From a bacterium (lineage in GTDB: Bacteria > UBP14 > UBA6098 > 4484-93): DNA of 64,000 nucleotides. Under the pieces are notes generated by a model that ran no database searches, was not told where the DNA came from, and was given only the letters and a program-made list of their open reading frames with translations. Position 1 is the stretch's first letter. Each line of letters opens with the position of its first letter. Shown here piece after piece: positions 18,911-29,192 of the stretch. Location of the stretch: contig JAGGUN010000022.1 in assembly GCA_021158465.1 (NCBI GenBank), positions 2,808 through 66,807 of the forward strand, in the 5' to 3' direction. The position numbers were made by a program, and so were the translations under genes.

Positions 18911-20230
18911 CTATCTTCTCCCCCTTATCTTTCCTCTCTTCAGGAAACCTTCGTAATGTCTCATCAGGAGATGGCTTTCTATCTGCTGGAGGGTGTCCAA
19001 TGCGACACCCACCACGATCAGAAGAGATGTTCCCCCGAAGAAGAGCGAGAAATTAGCCCTTCTTATGAGGATTGCGGGAAGGATAGCGATGAGAGCAAGT
19101 CCCACGGAGCCGGGGAAGGTAATTCTCGAGAGAACCCTATCGATATATCCGCTTGTTTGCTTGCCAGGGCGCCTCCCCGGGATGAAGCTGCCGTATTTCT
19201 TCATGTTCTCTGCGACATCCACAGGATTGAAAATAATCGCCGTATAGAAGTATGAGAAGAAGACGATGAGAGCGCCGTATATGATGTTATAGAGTGCAGT
19301 AGTTGGATTGAAGATTGTTGAGATGCTGCTGGCCAGAGCTGCTTCAGGGAAGAAGCTCAAAACGGTCTGAGGAAGGAACATGATTGCCTGTGCAAAGATA
19401 ATCGGGATGACACCAGCAGCGTTTATCCTCAGTGGGAGGTAGGATGTTTGTCCGCCGTAAATCCTTCTGCCAACCACCCTCTTTGCATACTGGACTGGTA
19501 TCCTTCTTGTTCCCTGGGTCAGGAGCACAGCAGCTGCCGTGAATAGGATAAATACAGCTATAATGAGCAGTTCTTCAACTAATCCTCTACCACCTGTTCT
19601 GATGAGCTCTATTTCCTGGAGGGCAGCGTTTGGAAACCTGGCGATGATACCGATAAAGATGAGTAGTGATATTCCGTTGCCGATCCCTTTGTCGCTTATA
19701 AGCTCGCCGAGCCACATTGTAAGGACGGCACCGGCAGTTAAGGCGATAACTGCCATCAGTTTGAATCCTATCCCTGGATGATAGACCACTGGACCCTGCG
19801 GGGTTGTAAGGCTCTCGATGTAGATGGAGATTCCGATCCCCTGCAGAAAGGATATGATTACTGTTCCATATCTTGTGAACTGGGTGATTTTCTTCCTTCC
19901 CTCTTCACCCTGTTTCTGGAGTTTCTGGAAATATGGGATAACTGCTCCCAGAAGCTGGAGGATAATCGATGCGGAGATATAGGGCATAATACCCATAGCG
20001 AATATCGTTGCTCTCCTAAACGCTCCACCAACGAACAGGTCATACAGGGCGAATAATCCACCGCCGGAGGGAGCCTGCATGAATGAGCCCCAGGTCTTGA
20101 CATTAACGCCAGGGATGGGTATGTGTCCCCCGATTCTATAAAGGAAGAAGATAAAGATTGTGAAGAGGACCTTCTTGCGGAGGTCAGGGATTTTGAATAT
20201 GTTTCGGAGGTTTTCTATAAACCTATTCAT
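18911..20230 (-). CDS. secY: Preprotein translocase SecY
   Basis: GIMPYISASII, WLGE.I..KGIGNGISL, AGVIPIIFA, FIPGRRPG, GGTSLLIVVGV. Confidence 0.97.
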   Translation of the reverse strand: MNRFIENLRNIFKIPDLRKKVLFTIFIFFLYRIGGHIPIPGVNVKTWGSFMQAPSGGGLFALYDLFVGGAFRRATIFAMGIMPYISASIILQLLGAVIPYFQKLQKQGEEGRKKITQFTRYGTVIISFLQGIGISIYIESLTTPQGPVVYHPGIGFKLMAVIALTAGAVLTMWLGELISDKGIGNGISLLIFIGIIARFPNAALQEIELIRTGGRGLVEELLIIAVFILFTAAAVLLTQGTRRIPVQYAKRVVGRRIYGGQTSYLPLRINAAGVIPIIFAQAIMFLPQTVLSFFPEAALASSISTIFNPTTALYNIIYGALIVFFSYFYTAIIFNPVDVAENMKKYGSFIPGRRPGKQTSGYIDRVLSRITFPGSVGLALIAILPAILIRRANFSLFFGGTSLLIVVGVALDTLQQIESHLLMRHYEGFLKRGKIRGRR

Positions 20231-20670
20231 ATGATTTCGACCCTTCCGCCTGCTGCTTCTATCTTCTGCTTTGCTGTGGAGGAGAAGCTATGTGCTGAGA
20301 CTGTGAGTGCGACCTTAAGTTCTCCTTCTCCAAGGATCTTAACGGGTGTTTTGCCGTTTATCAGCCCTTGGGATGCAAGAAGCTCGGGAGTAACCTTTTC
20401 CTGATCGGAGAACTTGTTGAGCTCCTTAACATTCACAATGGAATATCGGATGCGTTTTTTGCTTGTGAACCCCTTCTTGGGGATACGCCTGTAGATCGGC
20501 ATCTGCCCGCCCTCAAAGTATGGTTTCTTCTTGTTTCCTGAGCGAGACAATGCCCCTTTGTGTCCTCTGCCTGATGTCTTCCCGTGTCCTGATGCCTCGC
20601 CTCTGCCGACCCTTTTTCTCTTCTTGGTGGAGCCTGGTGCAGGTTTCAGCCCATCAAGTCTGAGTTTCAT
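20227..20670 (-). CDS. rplO: 50S ribosomal protein L15
   Basis: RVGRG.ASGHGKTSGRGHKG, FEGGQMP; ATG 20670. Confidence 0.96.
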   Translation of the reverse strand: MKLRLDGLKPAPGSTKKRKRVGRGEASGHGKTSGRGHKGALSRSGNKKKPYFEGGQMPIYRRIPKKGFTSKKRIRYSIVNVKELNKFSDQEKVTPELLASQGLINGKTPVKILGEGELKVALTVSAHSFSSTAKQKIEAAGGRVEII

Positions 20671-20857
20671 TCTCCTCTCCAATCTCTTCAAGCTTGATGA
20701 GGTGAGCAATCTTTCTCACCATCCCAAGGATTTCGGGTGTCATCTCCTTAACGACTGAATGATGCATCTTCTTTATCCCGAGCGCTTGTAGGGTTCTTTT
20801 CTGGTCTTTGGGGTGTCCTATACCACTCCTTATCTGTGTTATTCTTATCCTTCTCAT
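20654..20857 (-). CDS. rpmD: 50S ribosomal protein L30
   Basis: ITQIRSGIG, TL.ALG, GMVRKIAHL; position between rpsE and rplO. Confidence 0.95.
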   Translation of the reverse strand: MRRIRITQIRSGIGHPKDQKRTLQALGIKKMHHSVVKEMTPEILGMVRKIAHLIKLEEIGEENETQT

Positions 20858-21420
20858 TATTCTATCACCTTATTGTACGGTATGTTGCGTCTTACTGCGA
20901 CATCCTGGATATTCTCCAGGTCGCAGAGGGCAGTAAAGGTTGCTCTTGCGACATTCAGCTGATTGTTGGAGCCGAGGGATTTGGAGAGCACATCTTGGAT
21001 GCCAGCAACCTCGAGCACAGCTCGGACTGCTCCGCCTGCTATGACCCCTGTTCCTGGGGTGGCGGGTTTGAGTAGTACCTTTGCTGCTCCGAACTTGCCG
21101 ATAACTGAATGTGGAATGCTTGTTCCCTTGAGAGCTATCCGACGGATGTTCTTCTTAGCATCTTCTACCCCTTTGCGGATCGCCACTGCTACCTCAAGCC
21201 CCTTGCCGAGTCCAACGCCGACTCTACCCTTCTTATCTCCGACTGCCACGACCGCATTGAAGGATATATGTTTTCCGCCTTTTACTGCCTTGGCGACACG
21301 GTTTATGTGGATTACACGTTCCTCGAGCTCCTTTTCCTCGGGAGGTGTGATAAATCTTGGAGGTTTCTTTGCCTGACTCTCGTCTGTTGTATAAACCTCA
21401 ATCTTCTTGCTCTCTGCCAT
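20857..21420 (-). CDS. rpsE: 30S ribosomal protein S5
   Basis: [26 protein letters not shown]. Confidence 0.96.
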   Translation of the reverse strand: MAESKKIEVYTTDESQAKKPPRFITPPEEKELEERVIHINRVAKAVKGGKHISFNAVVAVGDKKGRVGVGLGKGLEVAVAIRKGVEDAKKNIRRIALKGTSIPHSVIGKFGAAKVLLKPATPGTGVIAGGAVRAVLEVAGIQDVLSKSLGSNNQLNVARATFTALCDLENIQDVAVRRNIPYNKVIE

Positions 21421-21443
21421 ATACTGGTGTTCCTCCTGTGTGT

Positions 21444-21803
21444 CTAAAATTTTAATCCTGCTTTTCTTGCGCCCTCTGCCAGTTCCTTTACCCTTCCGTG
21501 ATACTTGTGTCCGTGCCTGTCGAAGACTACCGTATTGATATCCCTTTCGATTAGTTTCTTTGCGATTAGCTTACCAACGATCGCTGCTTTCTCCTTTTTG
21601 GTTTTCCCTTTTCCCCTTGCTTCTTTGGAGAGTGACGATGCTGATGTTATAACCCTTCCGTTTTCGTCGTCCATTGCTATTGCGTATATATGTTTGAGGC
21701 TTCTCACCACGACGAGTCGCGGGCGAAGGGAGGTTCCTCTTATCTTTTTGCGTGTTCTCTTTGCCCTCCGAAGCCTTTTTTCGAGTTTATGGCTTTTTAT
21801 CAT
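21444..21803 (-). CDS. rplR: 50S ribosomal protein L18
   Basis: RPRL.V.RS.KHIYA, VVFDR.G.KYHGRV. Confidence 0.96.
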   Translation of the reverse strand: MIKSHKLEKRLRRAKRTRKKIRGTSLRPRLVVVRSLKHIYAIAMDDENGRVITSASSLSKEARGKGKTKKEKAAIVGKLIAKKLIERDINTVVFDRHGHKYHGRVKELAEGARKAGLKF

Positions 21804-21818
21804 GACCCTTTTCCTTCC

Positions 21819-22361
21819 TTAGACTGAGCGAGCTGATTTACCTGGTTTCAGGTGAATTACCTCTCCTACATATCTTATCCCAATTCCCTTGTAGACATCT
21901 GGCGGTCTTATTGCTCTTATCTTTGCTGCCACTTGTCCGACCAACTGCTTGTCTACCCCGGAGACGGAGATAACATTCCCCTTGCCGACGGAGAAGTTTA
22001 TCCCTTCTGGTGGTGAGAAGAATATCTGATGTGAGAATCCGACATCGAGCATGAGCCCTTTTCCCCTGATTTCTGCGTGGTAGCCTGTTCCTTTTAGTTC
22101 CAGTTTCTTTTCGTATCCCTTATAGACTCCCTGAACGGCGTTAGCGATAAGGCTTCGATATAAACCATGGTATGCCCTGGATTGCCTATCTTCCCCTTTA
22201 CGGCTAACAACTATTGTGTTATCCTTCTTTTCTACCTTTACCCTACCCATGAACGGGACAACTGTTTCACCTTTTGGTCCTTTGATCCTGCATTTATTTC
22301 TTTCGAGTTTTACTTCTACCCCTTCGGGAAGGGGTATCGGTTTTTTACCTATCCTCGACAT
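21819..22361 (-). CDS. rplF: 50S ribosomal protein L6
   Basis: MSRIGKKPI, KGPKG, RPPDVYKGIGIRY. Confidence 0.96.
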   Translation of the reverse strand: MSRIGKKPIPLPEGVEVKLERNKCRIKGPKGETVVPFMGRVKVEKKDNTIVVSRKGEDRQSRAYHGLYRSLIANAVQGVYKGYEKKLELKGTGYHAEIRGKGLMLDVGFSHQIFFSPPEGINFSVGKGNVISVSGVDKQLVGQVAAKIRAIRPPDVYKGIGIRYVGEVIHLKPGKSARSV

Positions 22362-22376
22362 GTTGGCTCCTTTGCG

Positions 22377-22775
22377 TTACCAGACCTGGCAGATTACCTC
22401 TCCACCGATGCCTAAGACGCGTGCCTGGTGGTCCGTTAGGACGCCCTTAGATGTTGAGACAACCGCCATACCGAGATTATTTCGGACGCTGTGCAGTTCC
22501 TTCACCTTTTTGTAGACTCGTCTTCCGGGTTTGCTTATCCGTTCGATGTGGCAGATGACCGGCTCTCCTTTCTCGTTGTAGCGGAGATAGATTCTCAAGA
22601 TCTTCTTGCCTGAACCCAGGTCTATCACTTTGTATCCTCTGAGGTATGCCCTCTCCACAAGAAGTCTTATGATATCCCGCTTGAAGTAGGAGAACGGTAC
22701 CTCGACATACTTTTTGCGTGCCTTCTGCCCGTTTCTTATTCGGGTCAACATATCGGCTATGGGATCTGTCATCAT
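22377..22775 (-). CDS. rpsH: 30S ribosomal protein S8
   Basis: DPIADMLTRIRN, SKPGRRVY, STSKG, GGEVIC.VW. Confidence 0.96.
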   Translation of the reverse strand: MMTDPIADMLTRIRNGQKARKKYVEVPFSYFKRDIIRLLVERAYLRGYKVIDLGSGKKILRIYLRYNEKGEPVICHIERISKPGRRVYKKVKELHSVRNNLGMAVVSTSKGVLTDHQARVLGIGGEVICQVW

Positions 22776-22794
22776 ATTGTTGCCTCTTTTCGCC

Positions 22795-22980
22795 TTACCA
22801 GCTTGCCTTCTTCACACCGGGTATCATTCCGGCGTTTGCAAGTTCCCTAAAGCATATTCTACAGAGCCCAAAATCCCTCATGTATCCTCTTGGTCGTCCG
22901 CACCGCTTACAGCGGTTGCGTTGGCGGGTGCGGAACTTCGGGGTGCGCTTGCTCTTCTCGATCAGTGCTTTCCTTGCCAT
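22795..22980 (-). CDS. rpsN: 30S ribosomal protein S14 type Z (Zn-binding)
   Basis: 61 aa, [20 protein letters not shown]. Confidence 0.96.
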   Translation of the reverse strand: MARKALIEKSKRTPKFRTRQRNRCKRCGRPRGYMRDFGLCRICFRELANAGMIPGVKKASW

Positions 22981-23523
22981 CTATTCCCTCCTGAATGGGA
23001 AGCCGATGCATTTTAATAACTCGAGAGCCTCCTCGTCAGTCTTCGCTGTGGTAACAATGGTTATGTTCATTCCTCGTATCGCATCTATGGTGTCATAATC
23101 TATCTCTGGGAAGATTATCTGCTCTCTTATACCGAGTGAGTAGTTTCCTCTTCCGTCGAAAGAGTTCGGGTTGAACCCTCTGAAGTCCCTGATACGTGGT
23201 GCTGCGATGTTCATAAACCTATCGAGGAAGTCGAACATCCTCTTACCGCGCAGGGTGACAGCGACCCCTATTGCATTCCCTTTACGGAGCTTGAAGTTCG
23301 CAACGGAGACCTTTGCTCGTCGTATGGTAGGTTTCTGTCCGGATATGATAGCCAGGTCTCTTGCTGCGTTTTCCAAGAACTTTATGTTTTGGGTTGCCTT
23401 TCCGACGCCGATGTTCAAAACGACCTTGTGGAATCTTGGCACCTGGAGCTTATTCTTGTAGCCGAAGCGCTCCATAAGTGCAGGCACGGCCTCTTCTTCG
23501 TATTTTTTCTTCAGTTCGGGCAT
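22981..23523 (-). CDS. rplE: 50S ribosomal protein L5
   Basis: [28 protein letters not shown]. Confidence 0.96.
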   Translation of the reverse strand: MPELKKKYEEEAVPALMERFGYKNKLQVPRFHKVVLNIGVGKATQNIKFLENAARDLAIISGQKPTIRRAKVSVANFKLRKGNAIGVAVTLRGKRMFDFLDRFMNIAAPRIRDFRGFNPNSFDGRGNYSLGIREQIIFPEIDYDTIDAIRGMNITIVTTAKTDEEALELLKCIGFPFRRE

Positions 23524-23536
23524 CTTTCGTTCCTTC

Positions 23537-23854
23537 TCACATATCTATCATTTCTTCGCAGTTCTTGCATATACGGACTCGTTTTCCGCCCTCGATTTCG
23601 CCTATCTTTACCTTGGTTCGTGTGTGACATTTCGGGCAGATAAGCGCAACATTGGAGATGTCGATCGGTGCTTCCCGCTCTACTATTCCGCCCTGAGGGT
23701 TCTTCTGATTCGGTCGGGTATGGCGCTTGATGAAGTTCACACCCTCGACGATCAACCGTCTCTTTTTAGGGAAGACTTTTAACACCTTCCCAGTGACTCC
23801 TCTGTAGTTGCCTGATATTACCTCGACCGTGTCTCCCTTTCTTATTTTGTTCAT
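23537..23854 (-). CDS. rplX: 50S ribosomal protein L24
   Basis: [29 protein letters not shown]; TGATG overlap with rplN. Confidence 0.96.
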   Translation of the reverse strand: MNKIRKGDTVEVISGNYRGVTGKVLKVFPKKRRLIVEGVNFIKRHTRPNQKNPQGGIVEREAPIDISNVALICPKCHTRTKVKIGEIEGGKRVRICKNCEEMIDM

Positions 23855-24222
23855 CAAAGAACCTCCGGGGCAAGGGATACAATCTTCATGAAGTTATGTT
23901 CTCTGAGCTCTTTTGCCACAGGTCCAAAGACCCTTGTGCCGATCGGCTCGTTCTGGTTGTCAATAAGCACGACTGCATTGTCATCGAACCGGATGTATGT
24001 GCCGTTCTTCCGTCTCGTTGGAGCAGCTGTTCTGACAACCACCGCCCGGTTGATGCTCCCTTTCTTGATGTTGGAACCAGGGATAGCCTCCTTCACGCTT
24101 ACTACTATTATATCACCGACGCCGGCATAGCGTCTCTTGCTTCCTCCGTAGACATGGATACACATACACTTCTTGGCGCCGGAGTTGTCTGCCACATTCA
24201 GACGAGAGTATTTCTGAATCAT
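23854..24222 (-). CDS. rplN: 50S ribosomal protein L14
   Basis: [30 protein letters not shown]. Confidence 0.97.
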   Translation of the reverse strand: MIQKYSRLNVADNSGAKKCMCIHVYGGSKRRYAGVGDIIVVSVKEAIPGSNIKKGSINRAVVVRTAAPTRRKNGTYIRFDDNAVVLIDNQNEPIGTRVFGPVAKELREHNFMKIVSLAPEVL

Positions 24223-24231
24223 AGTCTATCC

Positions 24232-24486
24232 CTACCTTTTTGTCCTTCTTACTATATCGACGAGCCTCCATCTCTTTGTCCGCGAGAGGGGGCGAGTCTC
24301 CACGATGCGAACCCTATCTCCGATTCTGCACTTATTCTCAGGGTCGTGAGCTGTAAGCTTTGTTCGCCGTCGGATCGTCTTTTTCAAAAGCGGATGCTGG
24401 ACATAGGTCTCTACAAGCACCTTGATAGTCTTATCCATCTTGTTAGAAACGACAGTTCCCTCCCTTATTTTTCTTTTACCGTTCAT
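24232..24486 (-). CDS. rpsQ: 30S ribosomal protein S17
   Basis: [28 protein letters not shown]. Confidence 0.96.
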   Translation of the reverse strand: MNGKRKIREGTVVSNKMDKTIKVLVETYVQHPLLKKTIRRRTKLTAHDPENKCRIGDRVRIVETRPLSRTKRWRLVDIVRRTKR

Positions 24487-24538
24487 AGCCCCCTTAAGCC
24501 TCCGTAAGGTTTGTAACTAACTTTGGAAATAAGTTACT

Positions 24539-24566
24539 AAAATATAATGATCAAAAGAAATGTCAA
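24539..24566 (-). promoter_or_regulatory. Promoter heading the rpsQ-spc-alpha operon
   Basis: TTGACA-N16-TATTTT in the AT-rich gap upstream of rpsQ. Confidence 0.55.
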
Positions 24567-24597
24567 GATTTTTCTAAAAAATGTTCTATGGTTGTTT

Positions 24598-25260
24598 TCA
24601 GAAGCGGTGAACGAGAGATGCTGTGAATGAAGCCTCTCCTCTGTCGAGTTTGCTGGAAAGCTTAATCTCCGTTTTTGTGTATCCTCTGTATATTCTATAG
24701 GTGTTCAATGCAGAGATAACTCGCTCAAATGCAAGCACACCGAACGCTATCTTGATGTTGCGGTACTGCTCCTCATGCCGATTGCGGAGATTTCGATACC
24801 TGTTTCTATGCTTTTCGCTCTCCCATCTCCAGAAATACTCGTCCGTTTCTGGGTAGAGTGCTGAGAGGTCGCGCTCCTGTACGAGTTTCGAGCGGTTGTA
24901 TTCGTCTCTTGAATTATAGAAGGCGAGGTTCTTAAAGAAATCTTTGTTCTTTCCCTCGAGGTATGCTCCAGCGTACACACCGGCGTAAGATTTCATATCT
25001 TCGAATAGCCAGTCTGCCTTGACCTTAGAGAATACGATAAAGCCCCAAAGCGTTCCCTCCGTTATGAAGAAGGTGCTGGATGTGTTCTTGTCCTCGAGGT
25101 ATCTTTCGCCTGCACCGGGAAGGAGAAGCGACAGCCCGATCCCTTTCCAGAGGGAGGCTGCTCCCTTTTCTGTTTTTTCCTGCTTTTCCCAGGGAACATC
25201 TGCTATCCCACTCGATGCAAAAGCGAGGAGAAAAACTATAATGGTAAGTGATCTTTTCAT
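24598..25260 (-). CDS. Hypothetical exported/membrane protein (DUF5683-like), paralog A
   Basis: Signal peptide; SLLLPGAGE.Y motif followed by a hydrophobic F...E..LW segment; ISA..A/T motif near the C-terminus. Confidence 0.65.
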   Translation of the reverse strand: MKRSLTIIVFLLAFASSGIADVPWEKQEKTEKGAASLWKGIGLSLLLPGAGERYLEDKNTSSTFFITEGTLWGFIVFSKVKADWLFEDMKSYAGVYAGAYLEGKNKDFFKNLAFYNSRDEYNRSKLVQERDLSALYPETDEYFWRWESEKHRNRYRNLRNRHEEQYRNIKIAFGVLAFERVISALNTYRIYRGYTKTEIKLSSKLDRGEASFTASLVHRF

Positions 25261-25265
25261 ATCAC

Positions 25266-26099
25266 CTAATTAAAGTTAACCGTGAGGAAAACCGAGTGTG
25301 TAACCTCGTTGTTCTTGTAAGCCGTTTGTGTTCTTATAGTTGCATCCGTGAACCCCTTGAACATTTTCTCATTGCTTATTTTCGCCGTTATGGCGGCGTC
25401 GAGTGCGGATAGGAGATGGTTAACAATAACCCCTGCTACAGAGTATGTTGCCAGCTTCAGCATATCGTTCGATCTCTTGCGCATTCTGAGGTATTCTTCG
25501 CGCTTGTCTGTTGTGCGGTTTGGCTCCTCGATATTCGATACATCCGGATCGCCATACCAAGAGGAGTCCTGGGCATCGATCCAGCCCATAACAAACCAGT
25601 TGTATTTTCCTATCATCTCGTAGTACTGCTGGTTTTTTGTCGATGGTAGATGTTCCACAGCTGCGGAGGTATCCTCTCCGAGGGAATAATACCACTCCCA
25701 GTAGAGCGCTTCACTCCACCACCTATCTGCGAATTCTTTGTATTCCTTTTCCTTCTTTTTCCCCTGGCTGTGGTAGTAGAAGTGTCCTGTCCAGAGTCCA
25801 GCCTCGAGCAGGAGGAAACTGGCCGCCTGTATATATGATTTTGTGTAGAGCTCGCCTGCACCGGGAAGGAGCAGAGAATATCCGAGTGCTCTGGATATCG
25901 AGAGAGGCTTTTCCTCGGCAAATATTTTCCCCTCTGATAATGTATCTTTTCCCCACTGCTGTGTAAGGAGCATTTCATCCTGGACGGAAGGCGATAGGCT
26001 TTCTCTAAACTCTGAAAGGGTCATATCGGGAGAAGGGGAGATGTCCATCCCATAGACTGCCCCTGAAAGCAATATTAACAGTATCAATCCGTACCTCAT
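25266..26099 (-). CDS. Hypothetical exported/membrane protein (DUF5683-like), paralog B
   Basis: SLLLPGAGELY, QQYYEMIGKY..F..GW, NHLLSALDA; shares motifs with 24598-25260. Confidence 0.65.
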   Translation of the reverse strand: MRYGLILLILLSGAVYGMDISPSPDMTLSEFRESLSPSVQDEMLLTQQWGKDTLSEGKIFAEEKPLSISRALGYSLLLPGAGELYTKSYIQAASFLLLEAGLWTGHFYYHSQGKKKEKEYKEFADRWWSEALYWEWYYSLGEDTSAAVEHLPSTKNQQYYEMIGKYNWFVMGWIDAQDSSWYGDPDVSNIEEPNRTTDKREEYLRMRKRSNDMLKLATYSVAGVIVNHLLSALDAAITAKISNEKMFKGFTDATIRTQTAYKNNEVTHSVFLTVNFN

Positions 26100-26111
26100 T
26101 ATGCTTCCTCC

Positions 26112-29100
26112 TTATTTTACTATCGCTATTACAAATCTTTTTGTATCGATTTCGCCGTTTGTTCCTTCGGCAGAGACTGTGCAGATGTATGTACCTGCTG
26201 CTCTGTCTCGTGTTTGCCAAAGGATATCGTTTATCGCATGGGTTGTTCCTGCAAACCTGTCGATGAGCCTTCCGGAAAGGTCGAATATCCTCACAGTGAC
26301 ACGCTCAGCCGTTCCGATGCCTATCTCGTAGTGGATATATGTCTTGTCCGCTGTCGGATTGGGATAGTTGTAAGCCTTCGTTATAAGCGGTCTGGTTGGG
26401 ATTGTGTCGGCAGGCAGTTCCACATTGACGGAGTTGATGTTTCTTCCGAATCTATCAGGTTCCGATCCACCGGAGATAAGCCCTTTATATATATGGACGA
26501 AGCCGTCATCGGCAGCGAAGATAATCTTGTTTCTGTCGGTTCCGTCTATATTGCCCGATGACAGAGAATACCATATCCCTCCTGAGGATGAGACGGGAAA
26601 TGGAGGCACGATTTTTCCTGTCTGGTCGATGCAATATATCGCTTTCCCATGGACGGAGAAGAGGAGTCCTGTTTCCGTTATGAGTGGTGGCGTTGATATG
26701 GTTGAGTCCGCCTCAAACGGGAAATTCGGCAGGAGTGTCCCGTGCTCATCCACACAGAAGAGCTTGTTCTCCCCGGAGAATGCAATCTCGAATGTCTCGT
26801 TTCCGTCGATGTTGAGAGCAACAGGCTCGCTGAACGAGGAGAGGTTCATGTCTCTCGGGAAGCCGGGACAGATTTCCCCGTTCTCGTCGAGCATGTAAAG
26901 AACTCCATCCGCGAGAAAGGAGAGATAGAACCTCTCGCCTGTTGCCTCTATTTTCCTGATGCCTAAGAGGCGCGTATACTCTTCTTCTGGGAACTCGCGC
27001 AGGAATTCGAGCTTACCTGTCGCGGCGTTGTATCGGAATAACCTTCCTTTTGCTCGGGCGGAGAGTATATAGAGTATTGTATCGCTTGCTGGGACAACCC
27101 CCTTTATCTCTCCTCTTGTGTCTATCTCGGAGGCTATATCCCCTGAGAACGACACCATCCGGATCTTGCCGTTCTTGAACGGGACGGCTATTATCTCTCC
27201 CTCAAGTACAACAGGGTGATACACCGGATCATCCTCAAACGAGACGGGAAACCCGTGGAAGAAGTCGCATCTCCCGTCATAATTCTCATCGCTGAACCGG
27301 TAGGCGGCAAGTTCATTCCTCTGATTTGTCAGAAGCATCTCGTCTGTCCCGTCGCTATCCAGGTCGGCGAATATCAGAGGGGATACGGCATACCCAGGGC
27401 AATCCACAATAACAGGGAACGGGTAGTATGTGGTGTCAAAGGGGGTTATGTGCGCTATGTTATCATAGTTTGGGATCAACCTCGAGAGGTCATCGTCCCA
27501 TCCGAGTATGTACCCTTCGATGGCGAGGAATATCTCATCCTTGCCATCGTGATCGAAGTCGACAACGACGGGGTTGGCGAGCGGTGTAAACCCGAAGAAG
27601 AGGCTACCTGCCGCCATAACGAACTCACTCCCGACGGATATTACCATGCTGTCGCCTGGTGGTGTCAGGGTCTGTATAGTAATTCCTGTTCTGCCGCCTG
27701 TGTTCGAGTTCGAGTTCGGACAACTGGTAGGGGAGAAGGTAGTGCTTCCACCGATGAAGTATGCGTCATCGCTGTCACCGTAGGTGTAGTATACGCCTAT
27801 GTCCTGATAGCAGCTTGCCTCCTCCAGGTCAATAAATAGCCTATATTGGTCCCATTGGAGCGTGTTTTCCTCGAAGTTCGTCTTGCCGTTTCCTGTGTAG
27901 TCCATATACGCGACACGCTCATCTATGTGCCAGATGAGGACCCCGGACGCTGGCAGTAGGTAATCATACAAGCGGTTCGGCGTGTAATCCTCATATATCG
28001 GTCCAAGCACAACCCCTGTCTCTGGATCCTGGTGGAGGTAGATGACCGAATCTGTGCCGACTATCTCCTCGCGATTCTCGACGAGGAAATATTCGTAATC
28101 GTCTATAGGGATTTTATAGATTGTGTTCCTCCGTTCTCGTTCGAGTTCGGGGGCGTAGAGTTTGAGTGAATCCCTTGATTCTGTTATCTCGATGACATCC
28201 TCGAATCCGAGGTATGCGCGCTCCCATGCGGATGGGTACGCTGGTAAGAGAGCAGATGCAACTGTTCCATCTGCGTCTATCTGGACAGGTATCAATCCAC
28301 CGTGGTCCATAAGGGAGAAGTCACCGACTTCCGAGCGGAAGTCGTATGTGGAATAGAGGTCGACGAGACCGAGCGCGTGTCCGAACTCGTGGGCAAGGAT
28401 ACCGTTCAGGGCTGTAATCTGTCCATCCTGTGAAGCGAACTCAGGTATTATGAGCCCCTCTGAGATAACATCTCCGATCACTGGCTCATCGAAGGTGATG
28501 AAGGCTGTTGGCAGGTCATCCGGACTGGGGACGAATATATCGGGGAAGAGGTTCTGCTCCGGTGGTATGGTAGAGCCTATGTCGTTCTGCCAGTCGGCAC
28601 CAGCGTGGAACACGATAAAGACATCGTAATCTCCAATGGGGATCTCGTCGGAGGAAAGAGCGGTTTCCCAGGCATCAACAAAGAACTGCTCAAGACGGTC
28701 TCTCATATCACCGAGCCAGCCGTTTGGACCATAATAAGCCATACTGTCTGGGAGTCTGTAAGATGCATTCTCTTCTGTCGGGAATATATCCCAGGTTAGT
28801 ATTATATTCCCGTTGGATACTGCATACCAATAGTTGGCAAGCGCCTGGAGGTGAGCGTTGAAATACGACTTGTTGTGTGGAGGCGGGTCGATGATAACGG
28901 TTGTGTCTGTTGATAGATCGAACGTGCCGGGACCTGTGCTGTTGGTATTATTATCCGGCTGGAACTCAACCCTTATGGCGCATATACGAAGCCACACTGG
29001 CTCTTTCAGTCCCTCCTTTGGGAGACCATCCTTTTTTCTCTCTATACCGAGAAGGTTCTTTTTTGATACATCCGATTGGAAATGTCTCGGTTGGTATCTT

Positions 29101-29192
29101 TGCCTGCCGACCCTTATTATAGACAACTTACCAGAGAAGGCATGGGAAAAGAGAAGGATCAGGAACAGTATGCACGCAATCGGTTTTTTCAT
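26112..29192 (-). CDS. M6 family (immune inhibitor A-like) metalloprotease with FG-GAP-like repeats and T9SS CTD
   Basis: HEFGHALGLVDLY, FSLMD.G, EYFLVENR, GVLIWHIDE; DxDxDG repeats; YNYPNP..IFDLSG..W..GTY C-terminus. Confidence 0.88.
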   Translation of the reverse strand: MKKPIACILFLILLFSHAFSGKLSIIRVGRQRYQPRHFQSDVSKKNLLGIERKKDGLPKEGLKEPVWLRICAIRVEFQPDNNTNSTGPGTFDLSTDTTVIIDPPPHNKSYFNAHLQALANYWYAVSNGNIILTWDIFPTEENASYRLPDSMAYYGPNGWLGDMRDRLEQFFVDAWETALSSDEIPIGDYDVFIVFHAGADWQNDIGSTIPPEQNLFPDIFVPSPDDLPTAFITFDEPVIGDVISEGLIIPEFASQDGQITALNGILAHEFGHALGLVDLYSTYDFRSEVGDFSLMDHGGLIPVQIDADGTVASALLPAYPSAWERAYLGFEDVIEITESRDSLKLYAPELERERRNTIYKIPIDDYEYFLVENREEIVGTDSVIYLHQDPETGVVLGPIYEDYTPNRLYDYLLPASGVLIWHIDERVAYMDYTGNGKTNFEENTLQWDQYRLFIDLEEASCYQDIGVYYTYGDSDDAYFIGGSTTFSPTSCPNSNSNTGGRTGITIQTLTPPGDSMVISVGSEFVMAAGSLFFGFTPLANPVVVDFDHDGKDEIFLAIEGYILGWDDDLSRLIPNYDNIAHITPFDTTYYPFPVIVDCPGYAVSPLIFADLDSDGTDEMLLTNQRNELAAYRFSDENYDGRCDFFHGFPVSFEDDPVYHPVVLEGEIIAVPFKNGKIRMVSFSGDIASEIDTRGEIKGVVPASDTILYILSARAKGRLFRYNAATGKLEFLREFPEEEYTRLLGIRKIEATGERFYLSFLADGVLYMLDENGEICPGFPRDMNLSSFSEPVALNIDGNETFEIAFSGENKLFCVDEHGTLLPNFPFEADSTISTPPLITETGLLFSVHGKAIYCIDQTGKIVPPFPVSSSGGIWYSLSSGNIDGTDRNKIIFAADDGFVHIYKGLISGGSEPDRFGRNINSVNVELPADTIPTRPLITKAYNYPNPTADKTYIHYEIGIGTAERVTVRIFDLSGRLIDRFAGTTHAINDILWQTRDRAAGTYICTVSAEGTNGEIDTKRFVIAIVK

